Virus record (IMG/VR): IMGVR_UViG_3300025929_000013
Span: 32,001-96,000 of that record
DNA length: 64,000 bases
Strand: one strand, 5' to 3'
DNA from: a virus
Program-made: the position numbers and the translations under genes
Notes under the pieces: generated by a model
Databases searched by the model: none
Told to the model about the DNA's origin: nothing
What the model saw: the letters and a program-made list of their open reading frames with translations, nothing else
Part shown: one piece after another, positions 19,380 to 28,834 of the stretch
Layout of the letters: each line of letters begins with the position of its first letter
Numbering within the stretch: position 1 is the first letter of the stretch

Positions 19380-19697
19380 CTAAGCCGTGAGTGAGGCTTC
19401 GCGGCGGCGATCGCTGCCCCAGCCCCCGCCCACGGCCTCCACCCGGAAGCTCAGGGCGCTGACGCTGCCCTCGGCGACCTGCGCGTCGGTGAACGCGATC
19501 GTGGTGATCACTGTGAGGCCCCGCTGGGCGAGGTAGCCCTGGGCGATGGGCACGGACTTCGCAGCCTGGTTCACGGCGCTCGGCCCGATGGCGCGCATCT
19601 CGACGGTGCGCCCGTCGGCCAGGGCGTGCGCGACCGCGCTGCCCAGCTCGACGGCGGGGGTTCCGCTCTTGACGCGGAAGACGCGCGGCGCGGCCAT
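19380..19697 (-). CDS. spoVS: SpoVS family protein
   Basis: RVKSGT....LGSAVA, RAIGPSAVNQAAK, IAQGYL and F.D....G.VSAL.F.V match the SpoVS pattern. Confidence 0.85.
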   Translation of the reverse strand: MAAPRVFRVKSGTPAVELGSAVAHALADGRTVEMRAIGPSAVNQAAKSVPIAQGYLAQRGLTVITTIAFTDAQVAEGSVSALSFRVEAVGGGWGSDRRREASLTA

Positions 19698-19766
19698 GGT
19701 GCTCCAAATCCGGTACTTCAGATACGAGTCCTTGTACTGAAGGTACGGCCGGGCCCTGCGGCGGTG

Positions 19767-20351
19767 TTACGCCGCCCGCGCGGTGCGCTTCATCTCGGTG
19801 TGCGGCGTGAGGGTCTGGCGCATGCGCACGTCGCGCGGCTCGTCGCCGCGGGTGGACATCGCCTTGGCGATACGGGCGAGCACGTAGGCGTCGGCGGCGT
19901 TATCGGCCTGCGCCTTGGTCATCTCCTTGGCGAAGTCGATGCCCCACAGGCCCTTGACGGAGGCGATGACGATGTCCTTGGGCGCGCGCCCGGTGCCGGA
20001 GACGAACTTCTTGAGCGTGGGCGGAGGCACGAGGGTGGGGTAGCACACGGGGGAGTCCAGGGTCATGCGCAGCACGGTCTTGACCACCGCGCCCAGCTCC
20101 CCGGCCTCCTCGCGCCCGTGGCTGGCGCCGTAGGCGTAGCCCTCCATGCACACGTGGGCGACGTAGTAGCCGTGGCGGGTGTGGGTGATCTGCTCGGTCA
20201 GCCAGCGGCCGATCGCGTTGAGCCGGTCGACGCCGCTGCCATAGCTGCCCGGGGGGAACGCGGTGACCGTGGTGGTGTGCCCGTGAGGCCGCAGGATGCT
20301 CAGGCCGAATCCGCTGTAAGACTGGTCGATGCCGATCCAGCACTCGCTCAC
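19767..20351 (-). CDS. RuvC-like Holliday junction resolvase
   Basis: IGIDQS, MEG, P.TLKKF..GTG.A.K and DNAADA. Confidence 0.88.
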   Translation of the reverse strand: MSECWIGIDQSYSGFGLSILRPHGHTTTVTAFPPGSYGSGVDRLNAIGRWLTEQITHTRHGYYVAHVCMEGYAYGASHGREEAGELGAVVKTVLRMTLDSPVCYPTLVPPPTLKKFVSGTGRAPKDIVIASVKGLWGIDFAKEMTKAQADNAADAYVLARIAKAMSTRGDEPRDVRMRQTLTPHTEMKRTARAA

Positions 20352-20653
20352 GGCACGTCCCGGAATTTGGAGACGCTGTGGACGCGCATGTACAGCTCCG
20401 GTCCGAAGCGGCTTTCGACCGTGTCGAAATACACCTCGAAGCGCACCACACGGCGCCCGAGCAGGCCCGCGCTCTCGTAGGAATGGCTGAGCATGCGCCC
20501 CAGGCTGTAGCGCAGGGCGTCGGGCACGCCGAACCGGTCTATGCGGTCGTCGAGGAACTCGGACGGAAAGACCTCGCGGCACACCATCAGCCCGTGGGGA
20601 TCATCCTTCTCGGGCATGCGCACGGTGTCGTCGGGCACGATCACGGGTTCCAC
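20348..20653 (-). CDS. Hypothetical protein
   Basis: Overlapping operon gene. Confidence 0.5.
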   Translation of the reverse strand: MEPVIVPDDTVRMPEKDDPHGLMVCREVFPSEFLDDRIDRFGVPDALRYSLGRMLSHSYESAGLLGRRVVRFEVYFDTVESRFGPELYMRVHSVSKFRDVP

Positions 20654-21113
20654 CTTCCGGTCCGGGTTTCTCTGTCGTGTCGTGCGGTGCGCCGGGTCAG
20701 CTCCCGGGAGACGACGGCGCCGCTGCGTTCGGCGTTGTCGCGCGCCACGGCGGCGAATCCGCGGCTGGCGCGCACGAACTGGTGCTCGCCGTCTAGCTGC
20801 TCCACGGCCGCGTCCGAGAGGGCGGCGGCCTTCTGGGCGGCGACCGTGCGCAACTCCGGACGGCGCAGGGACGCGGCGGCCCTCTCCCGGTTCAGCGCCG
20901 TCTCCAGATCCTTCTCGTCGCTCTCGTATCGGCGGCGACCGCGGCGGCGAACGCCGTCCAGGCGCCGTAGACCACCAGCAGGCGCATCAGCTCGTCGTCG
21001 GACAGCTCGGTGATGTCCTGCGGCAGCTCGGGCATGTCGCCGTCGGGCTCGACCGGCAGGCGCAGGCCGCGGTTCTCCACCGCGCGCGCGGCTCTGCGGG
21101 TGACCGGCCTCAC
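20641..21113 (-). pseudogene. Helical hypothetical gene broken by an apparent 1-nt deletion near 20928
   Basis: Frame ...AAVAAD continues in another frame as YESDEKDLETALNRE...SRELTRR. Confidence 0.55.
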
Positions 21114-22012
21114 GTGAGGGCCTCGCAGTCGCGGCACGCGCCGGGGAAGCGGCACGCCGGATCGGGTCCGACGCCGTCCAGAGCCAGCTTGATCTGCGCG
21201 GCGCCGGTCAGGATCGGTTTGATCAAGCTCTTGTCGTACTTGACGGAGAATTCCTTCGCGTCCTGCGACAGCTTGGAGTCGTAGAGGTAGACCATGCGGT
21301 CGACCGGGATTCCCATGGTGCGCGCGAGGTAGAGGTAGATCTGGCCCTGGCGCAGGTGCGCGACGAACGGCTTGTGGATCGCGTCCCACAGGCCCTTGAG
21401 GTCCAGGACCGTGCCGCGGGGGGTGTCGTAGGTGTGCCGCTCCAGCAGGGCGGGGTCGGCGTAGCGCACGGTGCCCTCGCCGACCGTCTTGATCTCCACC
21501 AGGCAGTGGCGCTCGGGCACGTATCCGTCGGTGCGCCCCTCGATCATCAGGTCGGGGTCTTGCAGGGGCAGCTCGTCGTAGACCAGCAGCGCGCTGCCGC
21601 AGTCGCACCATTTCGGGGCGCGCGCGTAGAAGCGCGACTCGCACGCCAGGCAGCGCCAGTAGCCCTCCAGCAGGCTCATCTGGGTCATCCAGCGCTGCCA
21701 GCGGGCGTGCGCGTCGTGTCCGTAGGTGAAGACGGCCTCGCGGGAGAAGGTCTGGCGCTCGCGGGTGCTCACGCTGCCGCGCAGACGCTCAAGGTTGGCG
21801 CGGGGGCACCAGCCGGTGCGGCAGATGTCGCTGGGATGTAGAGCGTGAGGGTTGCGCTCGGGGTCGGGCTTGCGGGCCGCGTCGAGGACGTGGGCGCGGA
21901 TGTCGGCGAGCAGGACGGTGGGGATTTTTCGGTTGGCGAGAAGCTCGGCGAGGCCGCGGGCGCCCCCCGTCGGCGCCGCTTTCGCCGTGTTGGTGCGGTG
22001 GGGGGTCGCCAT
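21110..22012 (-). CDS. Cas4-like PD-(D/E)XK exonuclease
   Basis: HPS..C...CPR, G...H, GRTDG...EIKT, Q...Y and terminal C...C..C. Confidence 0.85.
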   Translation of the reverse strand: MATPHRTNTAKAAPTGGARGLAELLANRKIPTVLLADIRAHVLDAARKPDPERNPHALHPSDICRTGWCPRANLERLRGSVSTRERQTFSREAVFTYGHDAHARWQRWMTQMSLLEGYWRCLACESRFYARAPKWCDCGSALLVYDELPLQDPDLMIEGRTDGYVPERHCLVEIKTVGEGTVRYADPALLERHTYDTPRGTVLDLKGLWDAIHKPFVAHLRQGQIYLYLARTMGIPVDRMVYLYDSKLSQDAKEFSVKYDKSLIKPILTGAAQIKLALDGVGPDPACRFPGACRDCEALT

Positions 22013-22311
22013 TGCCATTTCTCCGGCTCGTCGGGGTTCTCGCGTTTGATCGCCTTGCGGTCGTGCTGCTGGAGCCCGCCCCACACACCCCAGGACTCGT
22101 TGTTGAGGATCGCTCGCTTCAGGCAGCGCTGGCGCATGGGGCACACCGGGCCGCCGGAGTCGCCGTTGCAGATCGCCATGGCCTGGGGGGCGGAGTCGAA
22201 CCAGGGGTCCGCGCCGAAACGGGGGCGAGGGAATTTGCGGCACAGGGCCTCGCGCAGCGGGTCGTCGCCGCGCGACCAGTCCACCGCGCGATCCCTGGAC
22301 ATCAACACCAT
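21769..22311 (-). CDS. whiB: WhiB family transcription factor
   Basis: Four Cys (C...C...CP....C) and the GVWGG motif; C-terminal tail overlaps the next gene. Confidence 0.88.
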   Translation of the reverse strand: MVLMSRDRAVDWSRGDDPLREALCRKFPRPRFGADPWFDSAPQAMAICNGDSGGPVCPMRQRCLKRAILNNESWGVWGGLQQHDRKAIKRENPDEPEKWQWRPPTAPTRRKRRRRGAPAASPSFSPTEKSPPSCSPTSAPTSSTRPASPTPSATLTLYIPATSAAPAGAPAPTLSVCAAA

Positions 22312-22619
22312 TACCCGCCCCCTGTCAGTTCGAGGAAGTGGTCCTTGGTGATCACCGCGTACTCGCGGCCCGCGAGGTCGACCATGACCACCGGCTCGCG
22401 CCCGTCGAGCAGCGCCTGGCGCTCGACCGTCTCCAGCACGTCGCGGCGCAGGCTGAAGCTGCGCGACGCGGTCGTCTTGTACTCGAAGGAGTGGTAGCGG
22501 TTGCGCGCGTCGTTCTTCGCGACCCAGCCGTTGCCGGAGCCGGGCGTCAGGGTGCTGCCGGTCTCGCGGGCGCCGTTGCGCTCCTGCTTGCGGCTGCGCC
22601 GCTGTCCCGGGGTGCTCAT
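22311..22619 (-). CDS. Small PD-(D/E)XK nuclease (Hjc-like resolvase)
   Basis: QE....PGSG.G...K.D......E.KTT pattern. Confidence 0.75.
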   Translation of the reverse strand: MSTPGQRRSRKQERNGARETGSTLTPGSGNGWVAKNDARNRYHSFEYKTTASRSFSLRRDVLETVERQALLDGREPVVMVDLAGREYAVITKDHFLELTGGG

Positions 22620-22933
22620 GCCTCGATCCACTTTCCGCCGGTGATCCAGCCGTGGTTGCCGCAGTGCGGGCACAGCAGCGAGGGCACGACCGTGAGCGGG
22701 TCCTGGCACACCAGCTCGTGCTTGGAGCGCGCCAGGTGCCCGGGGACGTTGGTGAACCCGATCCACCCGCCGCACCAGTGCTCGTCGGCGGCGTTCCAGT
22801 GCCAGGTCATCAGGCCGACGCGGGCGGCGGTGCCGGACTGGGTCTCCCAGTCGGCGTACTGATCGTCCCCGAGCGGAAAGACGCTCTCGTTGCCGGGCCA
22901 TGTGGTCGGCGGCGTGTCGTGTTCCCTGATCAT
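22616..22933 (-). CDS. DUF6527-like Cys/His protein
   Basis: PLTVVPSLLC..CGNHGWI..GKW. Confidence 0.6.
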   Translation of the reverse strand: MIREHDTPPTTWPGNESVFPLGDDQYADWETQSGTAARVGLMTWHWNAADEHWCGGWIGFTNVPGHLARSKHELVCQDPLTVVPSLLCPHCGNHGWITGGKWIEA

Positions 22934-23319
22934 CGCGCCACCGCCTCGGGTGCGTCGGCCGCGGTCAGGTGCACCGGGCGCAGGCCGTCGGGGTGGTCGG
23001 TCAGGGTGTCGCGTGCGATGCGCAGCCCGTCCTGGTAGGCGCTCCAGCGCTGTCCCAGGCCCGGATCGGCGCGCTCCATCTCGGCGTAGCGCCCGGCGGC
23101 CTCGTACTCCCGGCACAGCGCGGTGACCGCGCCGTGGTAGCGCGAGCGCAGCGCCTGGAGCTCGTCGACCAGATAGCCGATCTCGTCGTTGTCGTGGCTC
23201 CAGCCGCGTTCGGCGTCCAGCAGCGCGGTGACGACCTCGGCCAGCGACGGGTACGCGGGCGAATCCGGGGAGGTGTTGCGCAGGCGGTAGGTCAGGCGGC
23301 GCAGGTCGTTCAGGCTCAT
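22930..23319 (-). CDS. Hypothetical protein
   Basis: Overlap-coupled operon gene. Confidence 0.6.
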   Translation of the reverse strand: MSLNDLRRLTYRLRNTSPDSPAYPSLAEVVTALLDAERGWSHDNDEIGYLVDELQALRSRYHGAVTALCREYEAAGRYAEMERADPGLGQRWSAYQDGLRIARDTLTDHPDGLRPVHLTAADAPEAVAR

Positions 23320-23606
23320 CGCGCGCCCCCCGTGCAGCGCGGGTCGTTCGCGACCACCGCGATGCCGCCGTAGGGGCTGTCGTTGTGGTAAATGGTGTAC
23401 ACCATGTCGGGGCCGTCGCATTTGCGCGACCAGTTGCTAAAGCCGTCGGGCATGTTGCCGACGGTCGCCGGGCTGTCGTTCTGCACGCGGGTGCGCTGGG
23501 CGTCGTTGTACGGCTGCTGTGCCTTGTTCGAGCAGGCGACCGCGGTCGACAGGACGGTGCACACGACGCCGATCGCGCCGACAATGAGCGTGGTCTTGGG
23601 GATCAT
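23316..23606 (-). CDS. Putative lipoprotein
   Basis: Signal peptide ending in lipobox-like AVAC. Confidence 0.65.
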   Translation of the reverse strand: MIPKTTLIVGAIGVVCTVLSTAVACSNKAQQPYNDAQRTRVQNDSPATVGNMPDGFSNWSRKCDGPDMVYTIYHNDSPYGGIAVVANDPRCTGGAR

Positions 23607-24646
23607 CGGGTTCCCTCCGGGAAGGCGCGGGTCAGGATCTGCTTGCGCAGCTGCTCCTGGGCGGTCAGGTCGCCGCGCAGCAGGTCGACGAGCGCGTCCT
23701 TGCCCTTCACCCGTACACCGGTGACCGTGTAGTAGGCCCCGGACCGCTCGATCGCCTCGTAGAGCACGCCCATGGTCACCAGCTCCTTGACCTCGTCGTA
23801 CTCGCCCTGGCGAAAGCCCAGCAGCGGGGCGTCATCGAAATAAAAATCGATGGTTGCGATGCGGTGCGGCGCCGCGCTCTTGTTCTTGATCGTCCTGGCT
23901 TTGATCGTCTGGCCGACACGGGCGGCGCCCTTGCCGGGGCGCGTCTCGTCGATGTACTCCGCCCGCGCCACCTCGACCCGCGCGTAATACGCGTAGTTCT
24001 TTGCGTTTCCGCCCGGTGATGTACGGGGGGTGCCCTGGGGGGAGTAGCCGCCGATCTTGTCGCGCCACTGGTTGATGATCAGCCCGAGCAGCGGGCGCTC
24101 CGTGCCGGTCATGGCCCTGGCCGTGGATGTTCCGGCCTTGCGAAAGAATTTCCCGGTCAGGCGCGCGCCGAGGGCCACCTGGAGCTCGTCGATGCCCTTC
24201 TCCTCCTCCTGGTCGGGGATCAGGGCGGGGTAGGAGTCCAGGACGATGGTGTCCACGGCGCGGGAGGCGGCGGCCTCCAGCATCGCCGAGTAGGCCTCTT
24301 CCATCGAGTTGGTGGGGTGCAGCAGGACCCTGTGGTTGTCCACGCCGAGAGCGGCGGCCCAGGCCTCGTCGTATCCCTCGGCGGCGACCCACCAGCAGGT
24401 GAATGCGGGGTCGACGCGCTGGTTCTCGGCGATGGTCTTGAGGACGACGGCGGTCTTGCCGGAGCTTTCCTGGCCGATGACCTCGGTCCACTGGTTGCCC
24501 GGCCAGCCGCCGCCCAGGGCGATGTCCAGGGACAGGGAGCCGCTGGGGAAGCGGGGGGCCGCGGGGACGTCGGCGGCCAGGACGAGGGTGTTCTCGCCGT
24601 ACTTCTTGTTGATCTTCGCGATCAGAGCGGTGACGACCGGGTCCAT
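23603..24646 (-). CDS. recA: RecA-like recombinase
   Basis: SGSLSLDIALGGG, G.ESSGKT, INQWR.KIG and PGGNA. Confidence 0.95.
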   Translation of the reverse strand: MDPVVTALIAKINKKYGENTLVLAADVPAAPRFPSGSLSLDIALGGGWPGNQWTEVIGQESSGKTAVVLKTIAENQRVDPAFTCWWVAAEGYDEAWAAALGVDNHRVLLHPTNSMEEAYSAMLEAAASRAVDTIVLDSYPALIPDQEEEKGIDELQVALGARLTGKFFRKAGTSTARAMTGTERPLLGLIINQWRDKIGGYSPQGTPRTSPGGNAKNYAYYARVEVARAEYIDETRPGKGAARVGQTIKARTIKNKSAAPHRIATIDFYFDDAPLLGFRQGEYDEVKELVTMGVLYEAIERSGAYYTVTGVRVKGKDALVDLLRGDLTAQEQLRKQILTRAFPEGTR

Positions 24647-24753
24647 GCCTTCTCCGAATCAGAGTTCGAGGAAGGCGTTTCGGCTGCGTACAGGGCCGAC
24701 GATCCCGGTGTTACGATGCGCTGCGACGATAGTGTACTGCGCCGGGGGCTAGT

Positions 24754-25137
24754 TCACTTGATCCGGCCGATGATCTGTTGCGGCCGGTAGCCGCCCTCCT
24801 TGTTGACCTGCCGGGAGGGCGTGGCGGCGGTGCGGTCGGTGGAGACCATGCCGGAGGTCGTGTGCAGCACCGGGTAGCCGCAGGTGTAGCAGCGCGGTTT
24901 GGTCTCCGGGGTGGGCTTGAAGTAGTCGCCGGAGGTGCACGCCGGGCAGCGGTCGACCAGGCTCGCGGACTGCGCCTGGCGCGGCGCCGGAGGGGGCTCC
25001 TCGCTCTGCTGCGGCACCGGCGCAGCGGGCGCTGGCGGGGCGAGTGGGCGCGGCGCCCACCAGGCGTCGAGCGGGGCCTGGTCGCGCGCGGGTGCGGGCG
25101 GGGTGGCGGCGCCGACGGCGCGTTCCCAGAAGCCCAT
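24754..25137 (-). CDS. Zn-ribbon hypothetical protein
   Basis: CPAC...RCYTCGYP. Confidence 0.65.
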   Translation of the reverse strand: MGFWERAVGAATPPAPARDQAPLDAWWAPRPLAPPAPAAPVPQQSEEPPPAPRQAQSASLVDRCPACTSGDYFKPTPETKPRCYTCGYPVLHTTSGMVSTDRTAATPSRQVNKEGGYRPQQIIGRIK

Positions 25138-25301
25138 CAGGTTCCCTCCTTCTCGCGTTCGCCCTCCACGGGCCTGGTGTCGAAGAATCCTGCATCGCAG
25201 TACTCGCCACCGCCGCGAGGGAAATGGCAGGACAGGAATCCGTTCTTCTTGATCGGCGTGGACTGCCCGCACAGGGGACAAGTGCCTCGGGGGCGCCTCA
25301 T
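25137..25301 (-). CDS. Small Zn-finger protein
   Basis: MRRPRGTCPLCG...H...C; coupled at both ends. Confidence 0.5.
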   Translation of the reverse strand: MRRPRGTCPLCGQSTPIKKNGFLSCHFPRGGGEYCDAGFFDTRPVEGEREKEGT

Positions 25302-25651
25302 CACTCGCCCCACGCGACCCAGTCGTCCAGCAGGGAGATGCGGCGCAGCCGCTCATACTTCTCGGCGGTGCTGTGCCCGTCCCACACGGCATCGGCGTTG
25401 TGGCGCACGTGGACGAACAGTGGCCAGTCGGCGGGTGCGATGTGCCAGGTGAGCTGGCCCGCGGGGCTGTAGACGTACACCACGCGCCAGCCGGGGTTGT
25501 CCGCGTCGTCGGCCCATTCGCTGGGCCAGCCGCGGGTGAGCAGGGCGACGAGTTCGGCGCGTTCGCGGTAGACGGCGTTGAGAGAGGCCAGGGCCTTGTT
25601 GCGCTCGGCCTCAAGCTTCGTGAGCTGCACGTAGGCTTCGGGGATGTCCAT
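25301..25651 (-). CDS. Hypothetical phage protein
   Basis: Y.ER..L...GQLTWH...WDGHST.EKYERL pattern. Confidence 0.7.
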   Translation of the reverse strand: MDIPEAYVQLTKLEAERNKALASLNAVYRERAELVALLTRGWPSEWADDADNPGWRVVYVYSPAGQLTWHIAPADWPLFVHVRHNADAVWDGHSTAEKYERLRRISLLDDWVAWGE

Positions 25652-25652
25652 C

Positions 25653-25946
25653 TCAATCCCATTCCACCGTGTGGTCGTCGATGGTTGTGATGTGCCGCTC
25701 CTGCGGCGGATGCCCGAGGGTGCGCACGCAGCGGTGCTCGCGGAAGCCGTGGGCGTCGTGGGAGCGCAGCTGCACCTCGCAGATCTCGCGCGTCGGTTTG
25801 ATCCGGAACTCGACGTCGGTGATCCTGTTGGTGCCGTAGCCGATGTGCACCCCGGCGTCCTCGTCCACGTCCATCCACTGGTGGGTGTGGCCGTTCTTGC
25901 CGAGCGTGTAGCGCCACTGATAGACGACCGGCGGTTCGTCGCTCAC
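25653..25946 (-). CDS. Hypothetical protein
   Basis: Operon gene. Confidence 0.6.
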   Translation of the reverse strand: MSDEPPVVYQWRYTLGKNGHTHQWMDVDEDAGVHIGYGTNRITDVEFRIKPTREICEVQLRSHDAHGFREHRCVRTLGHPPQERHITTIDDHTVEWD

Positions 25947-26119
25947 GAGGTCAGCTCCTTGCGCAGCTTCGCCGTGATCTCGGCCAGCAGCTTCCAGGCC
26001 ATGTCGCGCTGCTGCTCGGTGACGTCCTCGCGCCGCTGGTACTCCATCAGGGCGTCGCGCAGCACGCGCGTCTCCTCGATGTCCGGCAAGATCTGGATGT
26101 AACGCCGTCTAGGGTGCAT
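25943..26119 (-). CDS. Small hypothetical protein
   Basis: GGAG before MHPRRR. Confidence 0.5.
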   Translation of the reverse strand: MHPRRRYIQILPDIEETRVLRDALMEYQRREDVTEQQRDMAWKLLAEITAKLRKELTS

Positions 26120-26130
26120 GGGTTCTCCGG

Positions 26131-28065
26131 TTATTTCGCTTCGGCCCAGCTGTCGCAGACGACGAGGTCGCTGGTCAGGGGCAAGTTGATCAGTTTCTGG
26201 ATGTCGGGGCCGAGCATCGCCTCGCGCACGATCGCGGCGCATTCCTCGGCCAGCGGGGCGGGGGTCTCGGTGACCAGCTCGTCGTGCACGGTCAGCACCA
26301 GGCGCATCCCGGAGTGCAGCTGCCGGTGCAGGCGCACCATGGCGAGCTTGATCAGGTCCCCAGCGGAGCCCTGGATCAGGGAGTTGACGGCCTGGCGTTC
26401 GGCCAGGGCGCGCAGCTCGCTGTTGCGATAGCGGATCTCCGGCAGGCGCCGGTGGCGCCCGAGCAGGGTCACGATGTGCGGGTCCGGACGCGAGCGGCAG
26501 GTGCGGATCACGCTCTCGCGGAACCTGTAGATCTCCGGGAACTGGCGGCGGTGCACTTCGAGCACGCGCTTGGCCTCGGCGAGGGGGATCTTCGCCATCG
26601 CGGCCACGCGCGCGGGTCCGGCGCCGAACACGATCGCGAAGGCGATGGCCTTGGCGACCTGGCGCATGTCCTTGGTGACCTGCTCGGCGGTGACGCCGAA
26701 CACCTGCATCGCGGTCGCCGTGTGCGCGTCGATGCCCGCCCAGAAACCCTCGTACAGGGCCCCCATCCCGAGGTAGTGAGCGAGGATGCGCAGCTCGATC
26801 TGGCCGTAGTCGGCAACCACCAGGCGGTAGCCCTCGGTCGCGGTGAACAGGGAGCGCACCTGTCTGGCCAGCTTCTCCCCGGGACGCGGCACGTTCTGGA
26901 GGTTCGGGTCGCGCGAGGAGAATCTGCCGGTGCGCGTCCCATACTGCACGAAATCGGTGTGGATACGGTCATTGATGAGGACCCCGGGCTTGTCGTCGGT
27001 GCCGAGGTAGGAGCGCACGTAGGTGGTGTCGATCCGCTCCAGCTCCTGGTACGCCTCCAGGGCCTGCACGACCGGCTGGTCCGCGTAGGGCTCCAGGGCC
27101 TCGGAGCTGGTGGAGTAGTCGCTGATGGTCAGCTTCGCGCCGAGTTTCGCCTTGGCCTCGCCGCCCTTGGTGGGCAGCAGGGGTTTAAGGCCCAGGCCTC
27201 CTTCGGCGGGCTTGGCGTAGAGCAGCTGCTGTTTCTGCGGCACGCTGTTCAGGTTGAAGATTCTTCCGGCGGCGGCGTAGAGGTTCTCGCGGGCGTTGTC
27301 CAGTACCGGGGTGATCTCGTCGGCCAGTCTCTGAAGGGCCGCGGTGTCCACATGGGCGCCGTCGCGGCGCATGTGCGCGACGACTTCAAGGACCTGCATC
27401 TCCAGGTCCATCAGCTCGTCGAACCCCTGCGCGCTCAGTGCCTTGGCGACGCGGCGATAGAGCAGCCAGTCGTAGCGGGCGTCGAAGAACCCGTAGCGTC
27501 CGACGGCGGAGATGGAGTGGCGCTCGACCGCCTTGCCGGTCTCCTCGCGGTCGTAGGTCACCCCGTACGTATTGGTGATCAGGTCCTTGAGTCTCTTGGA
27601 GCGCAGGTTCTCGTCCAGGATCCAGACGCCCACGATGGTGTCGTGGTAGGGGGGCGCGGGGATCGCCGGGAGGTGCTTGGCGACGGAGACCAGGTCGATC
27701 GTGGCGTTGTGCGCGATCTTCGTGCGGCCGGACGCCATCAGGGGGGCCAGGGCCTCGAACACGCGCTCGCGTTCCAGCTGTTTGGGCGGGGCGTCCCAGA
27801 GCGGGGGGTGGGTGACGAATTTCCCGGTGGCGCGGTCCTTGCGGCGCACCGCGGGGGCCAGCAGGGTGTCGCCGTTGGGGTGGCCGAACGGGATCGAGCA
27901 GGCGAACCCGTAGGTGGCCAGGGAGATCCAGGTGACCTCGTTGTAGACCGGGTGCCCGCGCCTGGGGCCGGTGGACTCGATGTCGAACGCGAACGCGTCG
28001 GCGGCCTCAAGGCGCGCCACGGTGTCACGCAGTTGTTCTTCGGTGAGCACGAGCGCGGGGAACAC
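26131..28065 (-). CDS. Family A DNA polymerase with 3'-5' exonuclease domain
   Basis: FDIES, TGRFSS..PNLQN, ADYGQIELRILAH, R..AK...F, N..IQGSA.D and VHDEL. Confidence 0.96.
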   Translation of the reverse strand: MFPALVLTEEQLRDTVARLEAADAFAFDIESTGPRRGHPVYNEVTWISLATYGFACSIPFGHPNGDTLLAPAVRRKDRATGKFVTHPPLWDAPPKQLERERVFEALAPLMASGRTKIAHNATIDLVSVAKHLPAIPAPPYHDTIVGVWILDENLRSKRLKDLITNTYGVTYDREETGKAVERHSISAVGRYGFFDARYDWLLYRRVAKALSAQGFDELMDLEMQVLEVVAHMRRDGAHVDTAALQRLADEITPVLDNARENLYAAAGRIFNLNSVPQKQQLLYAKPAEGGLGLKPLLPTKGGEAKAKLGAKLTISDYSTSSEALEPYADQPVVQALEAYQELERIDTTYVRSYLGTDDKPGVLINDRIHTDFVQYGTRTGRFSSRDPNLQNVPRPGEKLARQVRSLFTATEGYRLVVADYGQIELRILAHYLGMGALYEGFWAGIDAHTATAMQVFGVTAEQVTKDMRQVAKAIAFAIVFGAGPARVAAMAKIPLAEAKRVLEVHRRQFPEIYRFRESVIRTCRSRPDPHIVTLLGRHRRLPEIRYRNSELRALAERQAVNSLIQGSAGDLIKLAMVRLHRQLHSGMRLVLTVHDELVTETPAPLAEECAAIVREAMLGPDIQKLINLPLTSDLVVCDSWAEAK

Positions 28066-28150
28066 GAGCGGACTCCGAGTGGTGTGGAGCGACGCCCCCG
28101 CCGGGGTGTGGATGCGGACACTCGTCCGGCGGGGGCGTCAGATCGGGGTG

Positions 28151-28834
28151 CTATTTGGTGAGCTCGGCGACCAGCTCGCGCAGCTCCTCGACGGTGGGGA
28201 TGTCCTCGACCGAGGAGCCGATCTCGTAGGCCTGCGCGCGGAACTCGGCGAGCTGCTCGTCGCTCAGGGCGGTGATGTCCCAGTCGTCCTTCAGGTCGCG
28301 CATCTTGATGACCTCGGCCTGGTATTCGGTGTTGGTGCCCTTGCCGGTGGCGTGGATCGCGACGTACAGCCGGGGGTCGTCCAGGCCCTCGAACCGGCGG
28401 TCACCGGCGATGCCCTCCAGCTTGCGCGCCAGGCGTGCTCCGGCCTGGATGTATTCGAAGCTGGGGTTCTCCGGGTCCGCGAAGCTCACGACGTTGAAGC
28501 ACACCGCCATGGCGGCGGGCTGGTCTCCGAACGGATCGCAGAGCGGACAGTCGCCGGACAGGTGCCGGTAGCTCTTGCGCCCGGTCTTCTCGATCCAGTG
28601 GCTTCGATAGCTGTCGAACGGTTCGGCATCCAAGAACTTGACGACAATCGGCTCTTCGCCGTCGGTGAATTTCAGGGGCCGCGCGAACCCGCCGCCCTCG
28701 GCCAGGGTGCTCTTCATCCCGCCCCATCCGCCGGATCCGCCGCCGCTGGGGCGCTTGGCGGGTGCGGTGTTACGGCGGCCCGGGGTCTCCTGCGGTTCAG
28801 CCTCGGGCAGTGCGCGGCGGCGCTTGGTTTCCAT
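28151..28834 (-). CDS. Single-stranded DNA-binding protein (gp32-like)
   Basis: Position next to the polymerase; H....CPLC, GKG.NT.Y; acidic C-terminal half. Confidence 0.65.
   Translation of the reverse strand: METKRRRALPEAEPQETPGRRNTAPAKRPSGGGSGGWGGMKSTLAEGGGFARPLKFTDGEEPIVVKFLDAEPFDSYRSHWIEKTGRKSYRHLSGDCPLCDPFGDQPAAMAVCFNVVSFADPENPSFEYIQAGARLARKLEGIAGDRRFEGLDDPRLYVAIHATGKGTNTEYQAEVIKMRDLKDDWDITALSDEQLAEFRAQAYEIGSSVEDIPTVEELRELVAELTK

Noticed and set aside
21110-22012. CRISPR-associated Cas4
   Set aside because: No cas1, cas2 or array; the context is phage recombination
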